From IMG/VR virus record IMGVR_UViG_3300047381_001220: DNA of 64,000 bases. The stretch is one strand, 5' to 3'. The DNA is from an uncultured virus (IMG/VR IMGVR_UViG_3300047381_001220) (taxonomy: Duplodnaviria > Heunggongvirae > Uroviricota > Caudoviricetes). Below the pieces are notes generated by a model, which saw nothing but the letters and a program-made list of their open reading frames with translations, searched no databases and was not told the origin of the DNA. The translations under genes and the position numbers were made by a program. Positions 20,643-29,644 of the stretch are shown here, in pieces; the stretch's first letter is position 1; every line of letters starts with the position of its first letter.

Positions 20643-21635
20643 ATGAAAATCAATATAATAGGATGTGGGTTATCGGGAATAACTTCGGCAATTTTGCTAA
20701 AAGAGCAAGGTCACGATGTTGAAATATTTGAAACACGTGAACATATTGGTGGAAATTGTTATGATGAAAAGCAAGACGGAATAACGGTACACAAATATGG
20801 TTCTCATATTTTTCATACACCCGACAAAAAAGTTTGGGAATTTGTAAATCGTTATTCAAAGTTTAACGATTATACCCACAAAGTTCGTGCGAATACAAAA
20901 CACGGACTTATATCAATTCCATACAACAAAAAAACAACTGAACAAATCGGCAAGGAATTATCACCTCAAGAAATACAAGATTTAATATTCAAAGAATATT
21001 CAGAACGACATTGGGGAATAACTTGGGATAAACTTCCTACATCTATAACAAAACGAGTTCCAAACAAACGTGATAATTATGATGAACGATATTTTGCGGA
21101 AGATTATCAAGGTATTCCTGTAAACGGATATACTGTTATGATGAATAATATGCTTGATGGAATTAAGGTAAATGTCGGAGTTGACAAAGAAGAATACAAA
21201 AATCTTAAATGTGACAAAATGATTTATACAGGAAAACCAGATGAATTTTTTGATTTTAAATTTGGTAAACTTCCGTATCGTTCATTGAGATTTGAACACT
21301 ATAAAGCAAAAAGAGATGAAAGATTTTCATACGAATTGGGTTCTGTGATAAACGAATGTAATACTAAACCTTACAATCGCACAGGAGATAACGGAGTGTT
21401 CTTAAACGAAACAAATTTAGAGCATACAATTTATACACGTGATTATCCAGAAGAACACGATGAAACGAATGATCCAATTTATCCAAAAAATTTTGGTGAA
21501 GGTCTTGAAAAATATAAATTATATAAAAAAGCAATTGATTCTGAAAAAAATGTGATGTTTTTGGGAAGACTTGCGAGTTACAAATATTTAGATATGTGGA
21601 TGGCAATAAAACAAGTAATGGGAAACGTAAAATGA
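20643..21635 (+). CDS. glf: UDP-galactopyranose mutase
   Basis: IIGCGLSG, HIGGNCYD, HKYGSHIFHT, YQGIP, LPYRSL, GRLASYKYLDM. Confidence 0.92.
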   Translation: MKINIIGCGLSGITSAILLKEQGHDVEIFETREHIGGNCYDEKQDGITVHKYGSHIFHTPDKKVWEFVNRYSKFNDYTHKVRANTKHGLISIPYNKKTTEQIGKELSPQEIQDLIFKEYSERHWGITWDKLPTSITKRVPNKRDNYDERYFAEDYQGIPVNGYTVMMNNMLDGIKVNVGVDKEEYKNLKCDKMIYTGKPDEFFDFKFGKLPYRSLRFEHYKAKRDERFSYELGSVINECNTKPYNRTGDNGVFLNETNLEHTIYTRDYPEEHDETNDPIYPKNFGEGLEKYKLYKKAIDSEKNVMFLGRLASYKYLDMWMAIKQVMGNVK

Positions 21636-21638
21636 AAA
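21570..21638 (+). repeat. 69-bp direct repeat, copy 1 (3' end of glf plus next start codon)
   Basis: Matches 22246-22314 with 3 mismatches. Confidence 0.95.
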
Positions 21639-22267
21639 ATAAAATTATTGAAAATATACCAGATCTTGGCAAATATAGTCTTTATTATATATTTGAGAAC
21701 TTAAAATTAACGCATAAACAACATACATTATGGCTGGAATTTGGAGTGTATTCGGGCAAAACAATTAATTACATATCAAAATTTACTGACGGTAAGGTGT
21801 ATGGTTTTGATAGTTTTGAAGGTCTGCCTGAGTTTTGGAGGAAGGGGTGGTTTGGTGAAGTGGGATCGTTTAGTTTGCAAGGTAAACTGCCAAAAGTAAA
21901 TGAAAATGTAGAGTTAGTTAAAGGTTGGTTTAATGAAACTTTAGAACCATTTCTAGAATCAACACCGGGAAAGGTTAGTTTCTTACACCTAGATGCAGAT
22001 TTATACAGTTCTACAAAATATGTTCTAGATACATTGACTAAACAAAACCGTATAGATAAAAATTGTATTATTGTCTTTGATGAATTATTAAACTTTCCTG
22101 AGTTTGATGGGGATACATCTGAATTAAAAGCATTGTGTGAGTGGACCGAAGAAAACTCAAATTTAACATGGCAATGGATTGGTATGAATGGTAAAATTGG
22201 AGACTCGGGTATTGACCAAACAGAGAACAATTATGAAGGGGCTTGCTTGCAAGTTACAAATATTTAG
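21632..22267 (+). CDS. TylF/MycF-like sugar O-methyltransferase
   Basis: WLEFGVYSG, YGFDSFEGLPE, VKGWF, LHLDADLYSST, IVFDE; ATG 21632 overlaps glf stop. Confidence 0.85.
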   Translation: MKNKIIENIPDLGKYSLYYIFENLKLTHKQHTLWLEFGVYSGKTINYISKFTDGKVYGFDSFEGLPEFWRKGWFGEVGSFSLQGKLPKVNENVELVKGWFNETLEPFLESTPGKVSFLHLDADLYSSTKYVLDTLTKQNRIDKNCIIVFDELLNFPEFDGDTSELKALCEWTEENSNLTWQWIGMNGKIGDSGIDQTENNYEGACLQVTNI

Positions 22268-22314
22268 ATATGTGGATGGTAATAAAAAAAGTAATGGGAA
22301 ACGTAAAATGAAAA
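22246..22314 (+). repeat. 69-bp direct repeat, copy 2
   Basis: Duplicate of glf 3' end; supplies the stop codon of the methyltransferase. Confidence 0.95.
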
Positions 22315-23030
22315 CCTGTATCATAACAGCGTGTACAGGAAACTATAAAGCACATTTAAGATCAATCGATCACTTGGATGTTGATGGATTTATTTTCGGT
22401 GATATCGAAGATAAAAATTTACAAATAGACGGAACTCGGTGGACACGAATAAAAGAAACTTATTTTTGTCACACCAATCCATTTATGGCTGCTAAATATT
22501 ATAAGTGTTTTTGGCATCATATTTCAATCTTAAATGAATATGATGTAGTTGTGTGGATTGATGCTACACTTGAAATAAAAAGTTTACCTTTGAATGAATT
22601 AAAAGACCACGATTTGGTGGTATATCAACACGGGATAAGATTTAGCACATACGAAGAAATAGATTTTTCAAGAGATGTTAGATACAAAGAGTATCAACAC
22701 GGATTGAAAGAACAAAAACAATTGAAAAACATTGATTGGTTAGCAATTACTTGCTTTGTGGTAAACAAACGTTGTGAATCCGTTATTAAAATGAATAACA
22801 AGTGGTTTTCAGATATAATATTGTATAGTCCACAAGACCAAGTCAGTTTTCCAACTGCGTGTGAATATGCAAATGTAAATGGAAAATTATACAAATTTTC
22901 AAAACCATATCGTGGTAATGTCCGAATTAGAGATTGGAGACGAACTGCATGGAAATCACATACGGAAACGGAACATTATATAAAACACAATCACCTTATA
23001 GGACATGAAGAATATGGGGATGGAAACTAA
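22308..23030 (+). CDS. DUF616-like glycosyltransferase, copy A
   Basis: AAKYYK, VWIDA, QDQVSFP; ATG 22308 matches start of copy B. Confidence 0.7.
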   Translation: MKTCIITACTGNYKAHLRSIDHLDVDGFIFGDIEDKNLQIDGTRWTRIKETYFCHTNPFMAAKYYKCFWHHISILNEYDVVVWIDATLEIKSLPLNELKDHDLVVYQHGIRFSTYEEIDFSRDVRYKEYQHGLKEQKQLKNIDWLAITCFVVNKRCESVIKMNNKWFSDIILYSPQDQVSFPTACEYANVNGKLYKFSKPYRGNVRIRDWRRTAWKSHTETEHYIKHNHLIGHEEYGDGN

Positions 23031-23202
23031 AAACATATTAATAACAGGAGGTTGTGGATTTATTGGTTCAAACCTTGTTCTGCATCTTGCGAAGAAATAT
23101 CCGAATTACAAGTTAATCAACTTGGATTTAATGACTTATGCTTCTGATGAAAGTTATTTAAAAACATTAAAAGACAATCCAAATTACATATTCGTGAAGT
23201 AA
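23020..23202 (+). pseudogene. rmlB: 5' fragment (60 codons) of dTDP-glucose 4,6-dehydratase
   Basis: METKNILITGGCGFIGSNLVLHLAKKYP... closely matches the start of the intact gene at 26169; stops after YIFVK. Confidence 0.9.
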
Positions 23203-23203
23203 A

Positions 23204-23929
23204 ATGAAAACCTGTATCATAACAGCCTGTACAGGAAACTATAAAGCACATTTAAGATCAATCGATCACTTGGATGTTGATGGATTTATTTTCGGTGATA
23301 TCGAAGATAAAAATTTACAAATAGACGGAACTCGGTGGACACGAATAAAAGAAACTTATTTTTGTCACACCAATCCATTTATGGCTGCTAAATATTATAA
23401 GTGTTTTTGGCATCATATTTCAATCTTAAATGAATATGATGTAGTTGTGTGGATTGATGCTACACTTGAAATAAAAAGTTTACCTTTGAATGAATTAAAA
23501 GACCACGATTTGGTGGTATATCAACACGGGATAAGATTTAGCACATACGAAGAAATAGATTTTTCAAGAGATGTTAGATACAAAGAGTATCAACACGGAT
23601 TGAAAGAACAAAAACAATTGAAAAACATTGATTGGTTAGCAATTACTTGCTTTGTGGTAAACAAACGTTGTGAATCCGTTATTAAAATGAATAACAAGTG
23701 GTTTTCAGATATAATATTGTATAGTCCACAAGACCAAGTCAGTTTTCCAACTGCGTGTGAATATGCAAATGTAAATGGAAAATTATACAAATTTTCAAAA
23801 CCATACAATGGTGAAGGTTGTCGTAGATGGCTTAGGAGTAGAATTTCATATGAGTCCCACACGGAAACGGAACATTATATAAAACACAATCACCTTATAG
23901 GACATGAAGAATATGGGGATGGAAACTAA
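23204..23929 (+). CDS. DUF616-like glycosyltransferase, copy B
   Basis: Same protein as copy A except the C-terminal loop. Confidence 0.7.
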   Translation: MKTCIITACTGNYKAHLRSIDHLDVDGFIFGDIEDKNLQIDGTRWTRIKETYFCHTNPFMAAKYYKCFWHHISILNEYDVVVWIDATLEIKSLPLNELKDHDLVVYQHGIRFSTYEEIDFSRDVRYKEYQHGLKEQKQLKNIDWLAITCFVVNKRCESVIKMNNKWFSDIILYSPQDQVSFPTACEYANVNGKLYKFSKPYNGEGCRRWLRSRISYESHTETEHYIKHNHLIGHEEYGDGN

Positions 23930-23957
23930 AAACATATTAATAACAGGAGTGTTGTGA
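23919..23957 (+). pseudogene. rmlB: Second, shorter rmlB 5' remnant (METKNILITGVL*)
   Basis: First ~30 nt match 23020 and 26169. Confidence 0.8.
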
Positions 23958-24135
23958 AACTTTAAAATGATTTATACGTTTCAGACGTGACCAACTTACT
24001 ATAAATTATTTGATATGGAAATATGATATAAAAGAATATGTTTTGGTTGATGACTTGGAAAGTGTCATAAAAACGAAAAAATATGGAGAATTCCGGACTC
24101 AAAAAGGAAAACAAGAGAGAACTGGTAACTTCTGA
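23947..24135 (+). pseudogene. 3' remnant of another DUF616-like glycosyltransferase
   Basis: Frame reads ECCETLK*FIRFRRDQLTINYLIWKYDIKEY...GNF*; RDQ..NY..WK motif; lacks its N-terminal part. Confidence 0.55.
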
Positions 24136-24164
24136 TATTATGAAAACAATATTATGTGTAGCAG

Positions 24165-24172
24165 ATATTTAT
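24165..24172 (+). promoter_or_regulatory. ATATTTAT putative phage promoter element
   Basis: 4 nt before ATG 24177. Confidence 0.6.
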
Positions 24173-24176
24173 AACT

Positions 24177-25061
24177 ATGATATTATTAATAGGTGGTACA
24201 GGGTATGTTGGACTTAAATTTCAAGAGATTTTGTCTTCACGAAACATAAAGTTCAGAAATCTTTCAAGAAGTGAAGTAGATTATTACGATTTCAAGACTT
24301 TGAATGATGTAATTGCTAATGCCAAACCTGAGTTCATATTAAACGCAGGAGGTTTCACAGGAAAACCAAATGTTGATCAGTGCGAAATCAATAAAAGTGG
24401 AACAATCATCGGAAACGTGCTTCTTCCTCAGATTCTTGGTCAAGTATGTGAACTTAATGATGTTCCATTGGTTCACGTAAGCAGTGGTTGCATTTATGCA
24501 GGTGACAAAGGAGAAGGCGCAGGTGGAAACAAAATCGGATTCACAGAAGAAGATGCTCCAAACTTTTCATACGATCAACCTCCTTGTAGTTTTTATAGTG
24601 GAAGTAAAGCACTTGGTGAAGAAATTTTAAGCAAGTTTGAAAAAGTATACACTTGTAGACTTAGAATTCCGTTTGATCAATTTGATTCAAATCGTAATTA
24701 CTTATCCAAGATTCAAAGATACGACAAAGTGTACAATGCAGTAAACTCAATTTCACATCGTGAAGAATTTGTAAATGCTTGTCTTGACTTACCATTGAAT
24801 AAATGCGACTATGGAATCTATAATGTAACCAACGGAGGATATGTTACAACAAAGCAAGTCGTTGAATGTATGAAAAAGAAGTTTAAGTTAGAAAAAGAAT
24901 TTGAATATTGGGAAGATGATTCAGAGTTTTATAGCAAAGGAGCAACTGCACCAAGATCAAACTGCGTAATGGACAACAGTAAATTGTTAAACGCAGGAAT
25001 TAAAATGCGTTATTGCATGGATGCCATTGAGGATTCGTTTGACAAATGGGTGAAAGAGTAA
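24177..25061 (+). CDS. RmlD-family / NRS-ER-type NDP-4-keto-6-deoxyglucose (epimerase-)reductase
   Basis: IGGTGYVG, GFTGKPNVDQCE, HVSSGCIY, FYSGSKA, RLRIPF, APRSNC. Confidence 0.8.
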   Translation: MILLIGGTGYVGLKFQEILSSRNIKFRNLSRSEVDYYDFKTLNDVIANAKPEFILNAGGFTGKPNVDQCEINKSGTIIGNVLLPQILGQVCELNDVPLVHVSSGCIYAGDKGEGAGGNKIGFTEEDAPNFSYDQPPCSFYSGSKALGEEILSKFEKVYTCRLRIPFDQFDSNRNYLSKIQRYDKVYNAVNSISHREEFVNACLDLPLNKCDYGIYNVTNGGYVTTKQVVECMKKKFKLEKEFEYWEDDSEFYSKGATAPRSNCVMDNSKLLNAGIKMRYCMDAIEDSFDKWVKE

Positions 25062-25065
25062 TTTA

Positions 25066-26172
25066 ATGAAAACAATTTTATATGGAGCATTTGGAAGGCA
25101 TAACTTTGGAGATTTATTGTTCCCACACATCGTACATAGATTAATCAAAGAAAATATAAATGAATCAGAAATAGAATTCTGTGATGTCGTATCAAGAGAC
25201 ATGACTGAATTTGGTGGCCACGATGTGAAGTCAATTGCAAATTTTATAGATTATGAGAACGATGTAAATGTGATACACGTTGGTGGTGAAATTGGAGGGT
25301 GTACACTTATAGATGCGGTAAAAATGTGCGAACCATTATCTGATAAACAAAAAATAGAATTCAAAAAATTAAAAACATATAAAATGCCTCTTGGATATGT
25401 TTTACCAAAGTCATTATTTAAAAAACCTAAAACATTTATAGCAAACTCAGTGGGTGGGTTGTCAATACCATATGCTGGATTCTATAAAGATTTCGATTAT
25501 GTAAGTTTTAGAGATGAAAAATCATACAAAGAACTAAGTGCAAAAAAAATTAAGTGCAATTTATCACCTGACTCTGCAATTTTAACAAAGTATTTTTTTA
25601 ATGATTTGATTTCTAACCGAAGTTCTTTTGACTCGATTAAAACTATACATAATAAAATTGGCACAGAATATATTGCGGTTCAAATTAAAACCCGATATCT
25701 TAAAAAAGTAGTTTCATTTGAGAAAGTTTTGAGTAAAATTATATCAAAAACAAATTTGCCTATTTTATTTTTTTGTGCAGGAGTTGCACCAGGACATGAT
25801 TCACTTGATTTATATAAAGAAAAATTTAAAAATTTACCAAATGATAAAGTTCATTTTTTTGATAGTCTAAATATATGGGATATATGTAATGTCATTTCAA
25901 ACTCAAAACTCGTAATCGGAACAAGTCTTCATGTTAGAATATTATCACAACAATTTTTAAGACCAAGGATTACACTGGATACCAAGGGTAAGCATAGATC
26001 TTTTATAGAAAAGTGGGATAATATAAACAATCTAAATATAAATTTAAAAACAATTACTTCATGTATAAATGAAATAATTCAAAATCATGATTTTGAAGCA
26101 GACGAAAAACAATTAAAATTTTTACAATCCAAATATTTGGAAAAAGCAAATTGGGTAAATTTATTAAAATGA
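25066..26172 (+). CDS. Polysaccharide pyruvyl transferase family protein
   Basis: HNFGDLLF, VGGE, SFRD..S, SPDSA, GTSLH. Confidence 0.75.
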   Translation: MKTILYGAFGRHNFGDLLFPHIVHRLIKENINESEIEFCDVVSRDMTEFGGHDVKSIANFIDYENDVNVIHVGGEIGGCTLIDAVKMCEPLSDKQKIEFKKLKTYKMPLGYVLPKSLFKKPKTFIANSVGGLSIPYAGFYKDFDYVSFRDEKSYKELSAKKIKCNLSPDSAILTKYFFNDLISNRSSFDSIKTIHNKIGTEYIAVQIKTRYLKKVVSFEKVLSKIISKTNLPILFFCAGVAPGHDSLDLYKEKFKNLPNDKVHFFDSLNIWDICNVISNSKLVIGTSLHVRILSQQFLRPRITLDTKGKHRSFIEKWDNINNLNINLKTITSCINEIIQNHDFEADEKQLKFLQSKYLEKANWVNLLK

Positions 26173-27143
26173 AAACTAAAAACATATTAATAACAGGAGG
26201 TTGTGGATTCATAGGTTCAAACCTTGTTCTGCATCTTGCGAAAAAGTATCCGAATTACAAACTCGTCAACTTGGATTTAATGACTTATGCTTCTGACGCA
26301 AGTTACTTAAAAACGTTGGAAAGTAATCCAAATTACATATTCGTGAAAGGAGACATCCGTGATGAGAAGTTGGTGAACAAACTTTTTGATGAACACAACA
26401 TTGATTCAGTAATTCATCTTGCAGCCGAATCACACGTAGACAATAGCATCAAAAGACCATTAGACTTTGTTACAACGAATGTAGTAGGCACTTGTGTGCT
26501 TCTTGAAGCATTTCGTAATCAAGGCAAAGGAAGATTTCATTATGTATCCACAGATGAAATTTACGGAACATTAGGAGCAACAGGAAAATTTTCGGAAAAT
26601 ACACCGTTTGATCCTAATAGTCCTTATAGTGCAAGTAAAGCAAGTGGTAACTTCTTTGTAAATGCTTATTTTGAAACATACAAACTAAATGTAATTACAA
26701 CAAGTTGTTCAAACAATTATGGTCCTCATCAGCATCGTGAGAAATTAATTCCAACGATTGTTCGTACTGCACTTGCTAATAAGAATATTCCTATTTACGG
26801 AAAAGGAGATAATGTTCGTGATTGGTTGTTTGTTGAAGATCATTGCATTGCAATTGACGAAGTATTTCACAACGGAAAAACTGGTGAAATATATAATGTA
26901 GGTGGGAATAAAGAACTTAACAATCTTGAACTTGCAAATAAAATTTGTGATATTCTTGATGAATTGAAACCCAAAGACACCAAATACTCAGAACAATTGA
27001 CTTTTGTTGAAGATCGCAAAGGACACGATTTTCGTTATGCAGTTGATTTTAGTAAAATTCACAATGAATTAAATTGGAATCCAACAAAGAATTTTGAAGG
27101 AAAACTTCGTGAAACTATAAAATGGTGTATGTCTAATTTGTAA
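26169..27143 (+). CDS. rmlB: dTDP-glucose 4,6-dehydratase
   Basis: TGGCGFIGS, HLAAESHVDNSI, VSTDEIYG, SPYSASKA, CSNNYGP, RDWLFVEDH, DRKGHDFRY. Confidence 0.95.
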   Translation: MKTKNILITGGCGFIGSNLVLHLAKKYPNYKLVNLDLMTYASDASYLKTLESNPNYIFVKGDIRDEKLVNKLFDEHNIDSVIHLAAESHVDNSIKRPLDFVTTNVVGTCVLLEAFRNQGKGRFHYVSTDEIYGTLGATGKFSENTPFDPNSPYSASKASGNFFVNAYFETYKLNVITTSCSNNYGPHQHREKLIPTIVRTALANKNIPIYGKGDNVRDWLFVEDHCIAIDEVFHNGKTGEIYNVGGNKELNNLELANKICDILDELKPKDTKYSEQLTFVEDRKGHDFRYAVDFSKIHNELNWNPTKNFEGKLRETIKWCMSNL

Positions 27144-27151
27144 TATATATT

Positions 27152-27159
27152 ATATTTAT
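27152..27159 (+). promoter_or_regulatory. ATATTTAT putative phage promoter element
   Basis: 5 nt before ATG 27165. Confidence 0.6.
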
Positions 27160-27164
27160 GTTAG

Positions 27165-28382
27165 ATGGAATATACATATACAATTGATTTACTAACTGTT
27201 ATTTGTGGAAAAGATTATTGTTTTGAAAAATGGTTTAATTATATTCAAACTCTTTTAAAACAAAATAAAATTAACACATGGATAATTGTAAATAATTCAC
27301 CAAGTAAATTTTTTGAAAATCTTAAGTTACAAATAGCAATAAACAAGGTCAACCTTTTAACAAAAATTGTGTATCTTAATGGTCCTGGTAAATTTTATCC
27401 ACCTGCTGGTATGGACTGGAGAGATCCGGAGATTTGTATTGGAAAGCACAGAAGCACAGGTTCATCATTTTCACTTGGTTTTAATGCAAGTTCTGCTGAT
27501 TGTATTCTTACAATTGATGATGATATTATTCCACCTGAGGATGGATTCCAAAAATTGTTAAACTATAAGTTGAGACACAAAGAGTCAGTAGGAGTTATCG
27601 GTGGTCTATATTTTAATCACGGAGGATGGAATTCGGACAATCCTTGGAGAACTCGTTCTCAGTTGAGAAGGACCGTTGTTGCATCTATTAGAAAAGAAGA
27701 TTGGTTACCTGCAATGATTGATGATTATTGGAACAAAGGCATTGTAGAAAGTGGTTATTTGGGTACAGGATTTACATTGTATGATGGTGTTTATACGAGA
27801 AAGTGTTTACCAATGCAAACAATTAGAAATCATAAAAAAGGTACTATAATGGGTCCAGATGGACATTTATGTAAACAACTGCGTGAACTTCATTGTAAAC
27901 AAACATATGTTGATTCGAGTATTTTATGTCAACATTATGAATCTGAAACTGAAGAGGCCGGAATGGGTGCTATTCAGTTTTTAAAAACATTGGAGGCATC
28001 GTCTCCAATCGTTTTATGTGGTTCTTTTAAAAACTATCATCACCGAAGAGAAAATTATTTAAATGCAAAAAAAGTATCTGAAAAAATTAATTCAAAACTT
28101 ATGGTCATTTGGATAGATGATTTAGTTGAGCAATGCGACTTTATCGATGAATCTAAAGATTCAATTTTAAAAGTGAACTATGATAAAGAGAAAAATGATT
28201 TTATAAAAATAAAAGATGAGAAGAGAATAAAGCAAAAGATTTTAGATGAAACATATTTTCGTATTTTAAATGAAGGAGCAAATTATATATTTAATTTTAT
28301 GGAAACAACGGATAAAGTAATTAGTTTTGCAAAAATAAATAAGATATTAAAAAATAAATCAAAAATTAGGATAAAAAAATGA
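27165..28382 (+). CDS. GT2-like glycosyltransferase with C-terminal extension
   Basis: LTIDDDIIP, GVIGGLY, GTGFTL, GPD..LC, LCQH. Confidence 0.6.
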   Translation: MEYTYTIDLLTVICGKDYCFEKWFNYIQTLLKQNKINTWIIVNNSPSKFFENLKLQIAINKVNLLTKIVYLNGPGKFYPPAGMDWRDPEICIGKHRSTGSSFSLGFNASSADCILTIDDDIIPPEDGFQKLLNYKLRHKESVGVIGGLYFNHGGWNSDNPWRTRSQLRRTVVASIRKEDWLPAMIDDYWNKGIVESGYLGTGFTLYDGVYTRKCLPMQTIRNHKKGTIMGPDGHLCKQLRELHCKQTYVDSSILCQHYESETEEAGMGAIQFLKTLEASSPIVLCGSFKNYHHRRENYLNAKKVSEKINSKLMVIWIDDLVEQCDFIDESKDSILKVNYDKEKNDFIKIKDEKRIKQKILDETYFRILNEGANYIFNFMETTDKVISFAKINKILKNKSKIRIKK

Positions 28383-29002
28383 TCCACCATGAACATAGAT
28401 GTATATTTATACATATCAATAAAACTGCGGGTACGAGTGTAGGTGATGCACTCGGTATGCTTCAAACTCATGTAAGTGCAAAGATGGTCTTTTCCGAGGA
28501 CATTTTAGATGATGATCAAAATCGGTGGTGGCAAGACTGGTTAAAAACAAAAAAACAAAATGAATTTAACTGGATTCCATTAAACGAGGTAAAAAACTAT
28601 TGGGAAGATTATTACAAGTTTACAATTGTGAGAAATCCTTGGGATAGAATAGTTTCAGATTTTTCATTTTGTAAGAAGAAAAAATTTGTTTCAGATGATT
28701 ATACAATAAGAGATGAAGTTACTGGAAACTTAGATAATTATGAAAGATGGAAGCAGCCGTGTTATGATTGGATTGAGTATGAAAATAAAAATTCTATGGA
28801 TTTTATCTTACGATTTGAAAATTTACAAAATGATTTTGATCAGTTATGCAAAAATCTTGGAATTCAGACAAAAACTCTTCCCCATATAAATCCTACAAAT
28901 CACAAACATTATACTGAATACTTTGACGATGAAACAAAATCTCTTGTTGCAGAAAAATACGCAAAAGACATTGAGTATTTTGGATATGAGTTTGGTCAGT
29001 AA
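28379..29002 (+). CDS. Sulfotransferase (Sulfotransfer_2-like)
   Basis: FIHINKTAGTS, RNPWDRIVS. Confidence 0.85.
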   Translation: MIHHEHRCIFIHINKTAGTSVGDALGMLQTHVSAKMVFSEDILDDDQNRWWQDWLKTKKQNEFNWIPLNEVKNYWEDYYKFTIVRNPWDRIVSDFSFCKKKKFVSDDYTIRDEVTGNLDNYERWKQPCYDWIEYENKNSMDFILRFENLQNDFDQLCKNLGIQTKTLPHINPTNHKHYTEYFDDETKSLVAEKYAKDIEYFGYEFGQ

Positions 29003-29005
29003 TAG

Positions 29006-29641
29006 ATGGTAAATCACAAATGTAAATTCATATTTGTTCATATACCTAAAACTGGTGGGACAAGCATCGAAGCATATTTATATTCTATTTTTAAAAATAA
29101 TTCTTTCAAAAACAGCAATCGTTTACAGAAAGGTGGGTATATACCAAAGCATAAATTATTTGCTCAACACGCAACACTTAAACAATTAAAATCCAACTTA
29201 AATATTCAAATTGATGACTACTTTAAATTCACTGTCTGTAGAAATCCATTTGAAAGAGCCGTGTCTGATTATTTTTGGTGTTCACGACTTTTACAAACTC
29301 CTAAACCATTTAAGGATTATTTGTTAGTTCGTAATGGGTATGAAAAACTCAATCATTTAGAGAGCAATAAAGGTCGTGGTGATCATTTTTATACACAATT
29401 TGAGTTTATTGAAATCAACGGTAGAAGCAAGATTGATTTTATTATAAGATTTGAAAATCTTCAAAAAGACTTTAATATCGTTTGTGGCAAACTAAAAATT
29501 CCACACCATAATTTACCACACAATAACAGATCAAAAAACCGCAAACATTATACTGAATATTATGATGATGAAACACGTGAAATTGTTGCGAAAAAATTCG
29601 CAAAGGACATTGAATTTTTTGGGTATAAATTTGGAGAATAG
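29006..29641 (+). CDS. Sulfotransferase (Sulfotransfer_2-like)
   Basis: FVHIPKTGGTS, RNPFERAVS. Confidence 0.85.
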   Translation: MVNHKCKFIFVHIPKTGGTSIEAYLYSIFKNNSFKNSNRLQKGGYIPKHKLFAQHATLKQLKSNLNIQIDDYFKFTVCRNPFERAVSDYFWCSRLLQTPKPFKDYLLVRNGYEKLNHLESNKGRGDHFYTQFEFIEINGRSKIDFIIRFENLQKDFNIVCGKLKIPHHNLPHNNRSKNRKHYTEYYDDETREIVAKKFAKDIEFFGYKFGE

Positions 29642-29644
29642 GAA

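Larger units (their letters stand above)
22303..23949 (+). repeat. Tandem duplication of ~750 bp (22303-~23050 and 23199-~23949)
   Basis: Near-identical by eye except one silent change (GCG/GCC) and a replaced 52/55-bp segment. Confidence 0.92.

Noticed and set aside
21596..22307. N-terminal extensions given by the ORF track (21596, 22188; likewise 10092, 38328, 46049, 61491)
   Set aside because: They overlap upstream genes; downstream ATGs coupled to the previous stop or matching paralogue starts are more plausible
22303..23949. Diversity-generating retroelement (template/variable repeat pair)
   Set aside because: Differences are not adenine-specific, include a 3-nt length change, both copies are whole genes, and no reverse transcriptase is in the window
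21570..26350. Integron cassettes or IS/transposon with target-site duplications
   Set aside because: No integrase or transposase, no attC-like palindromes or terminal inverted repeats; the repeats are copies of coding ends
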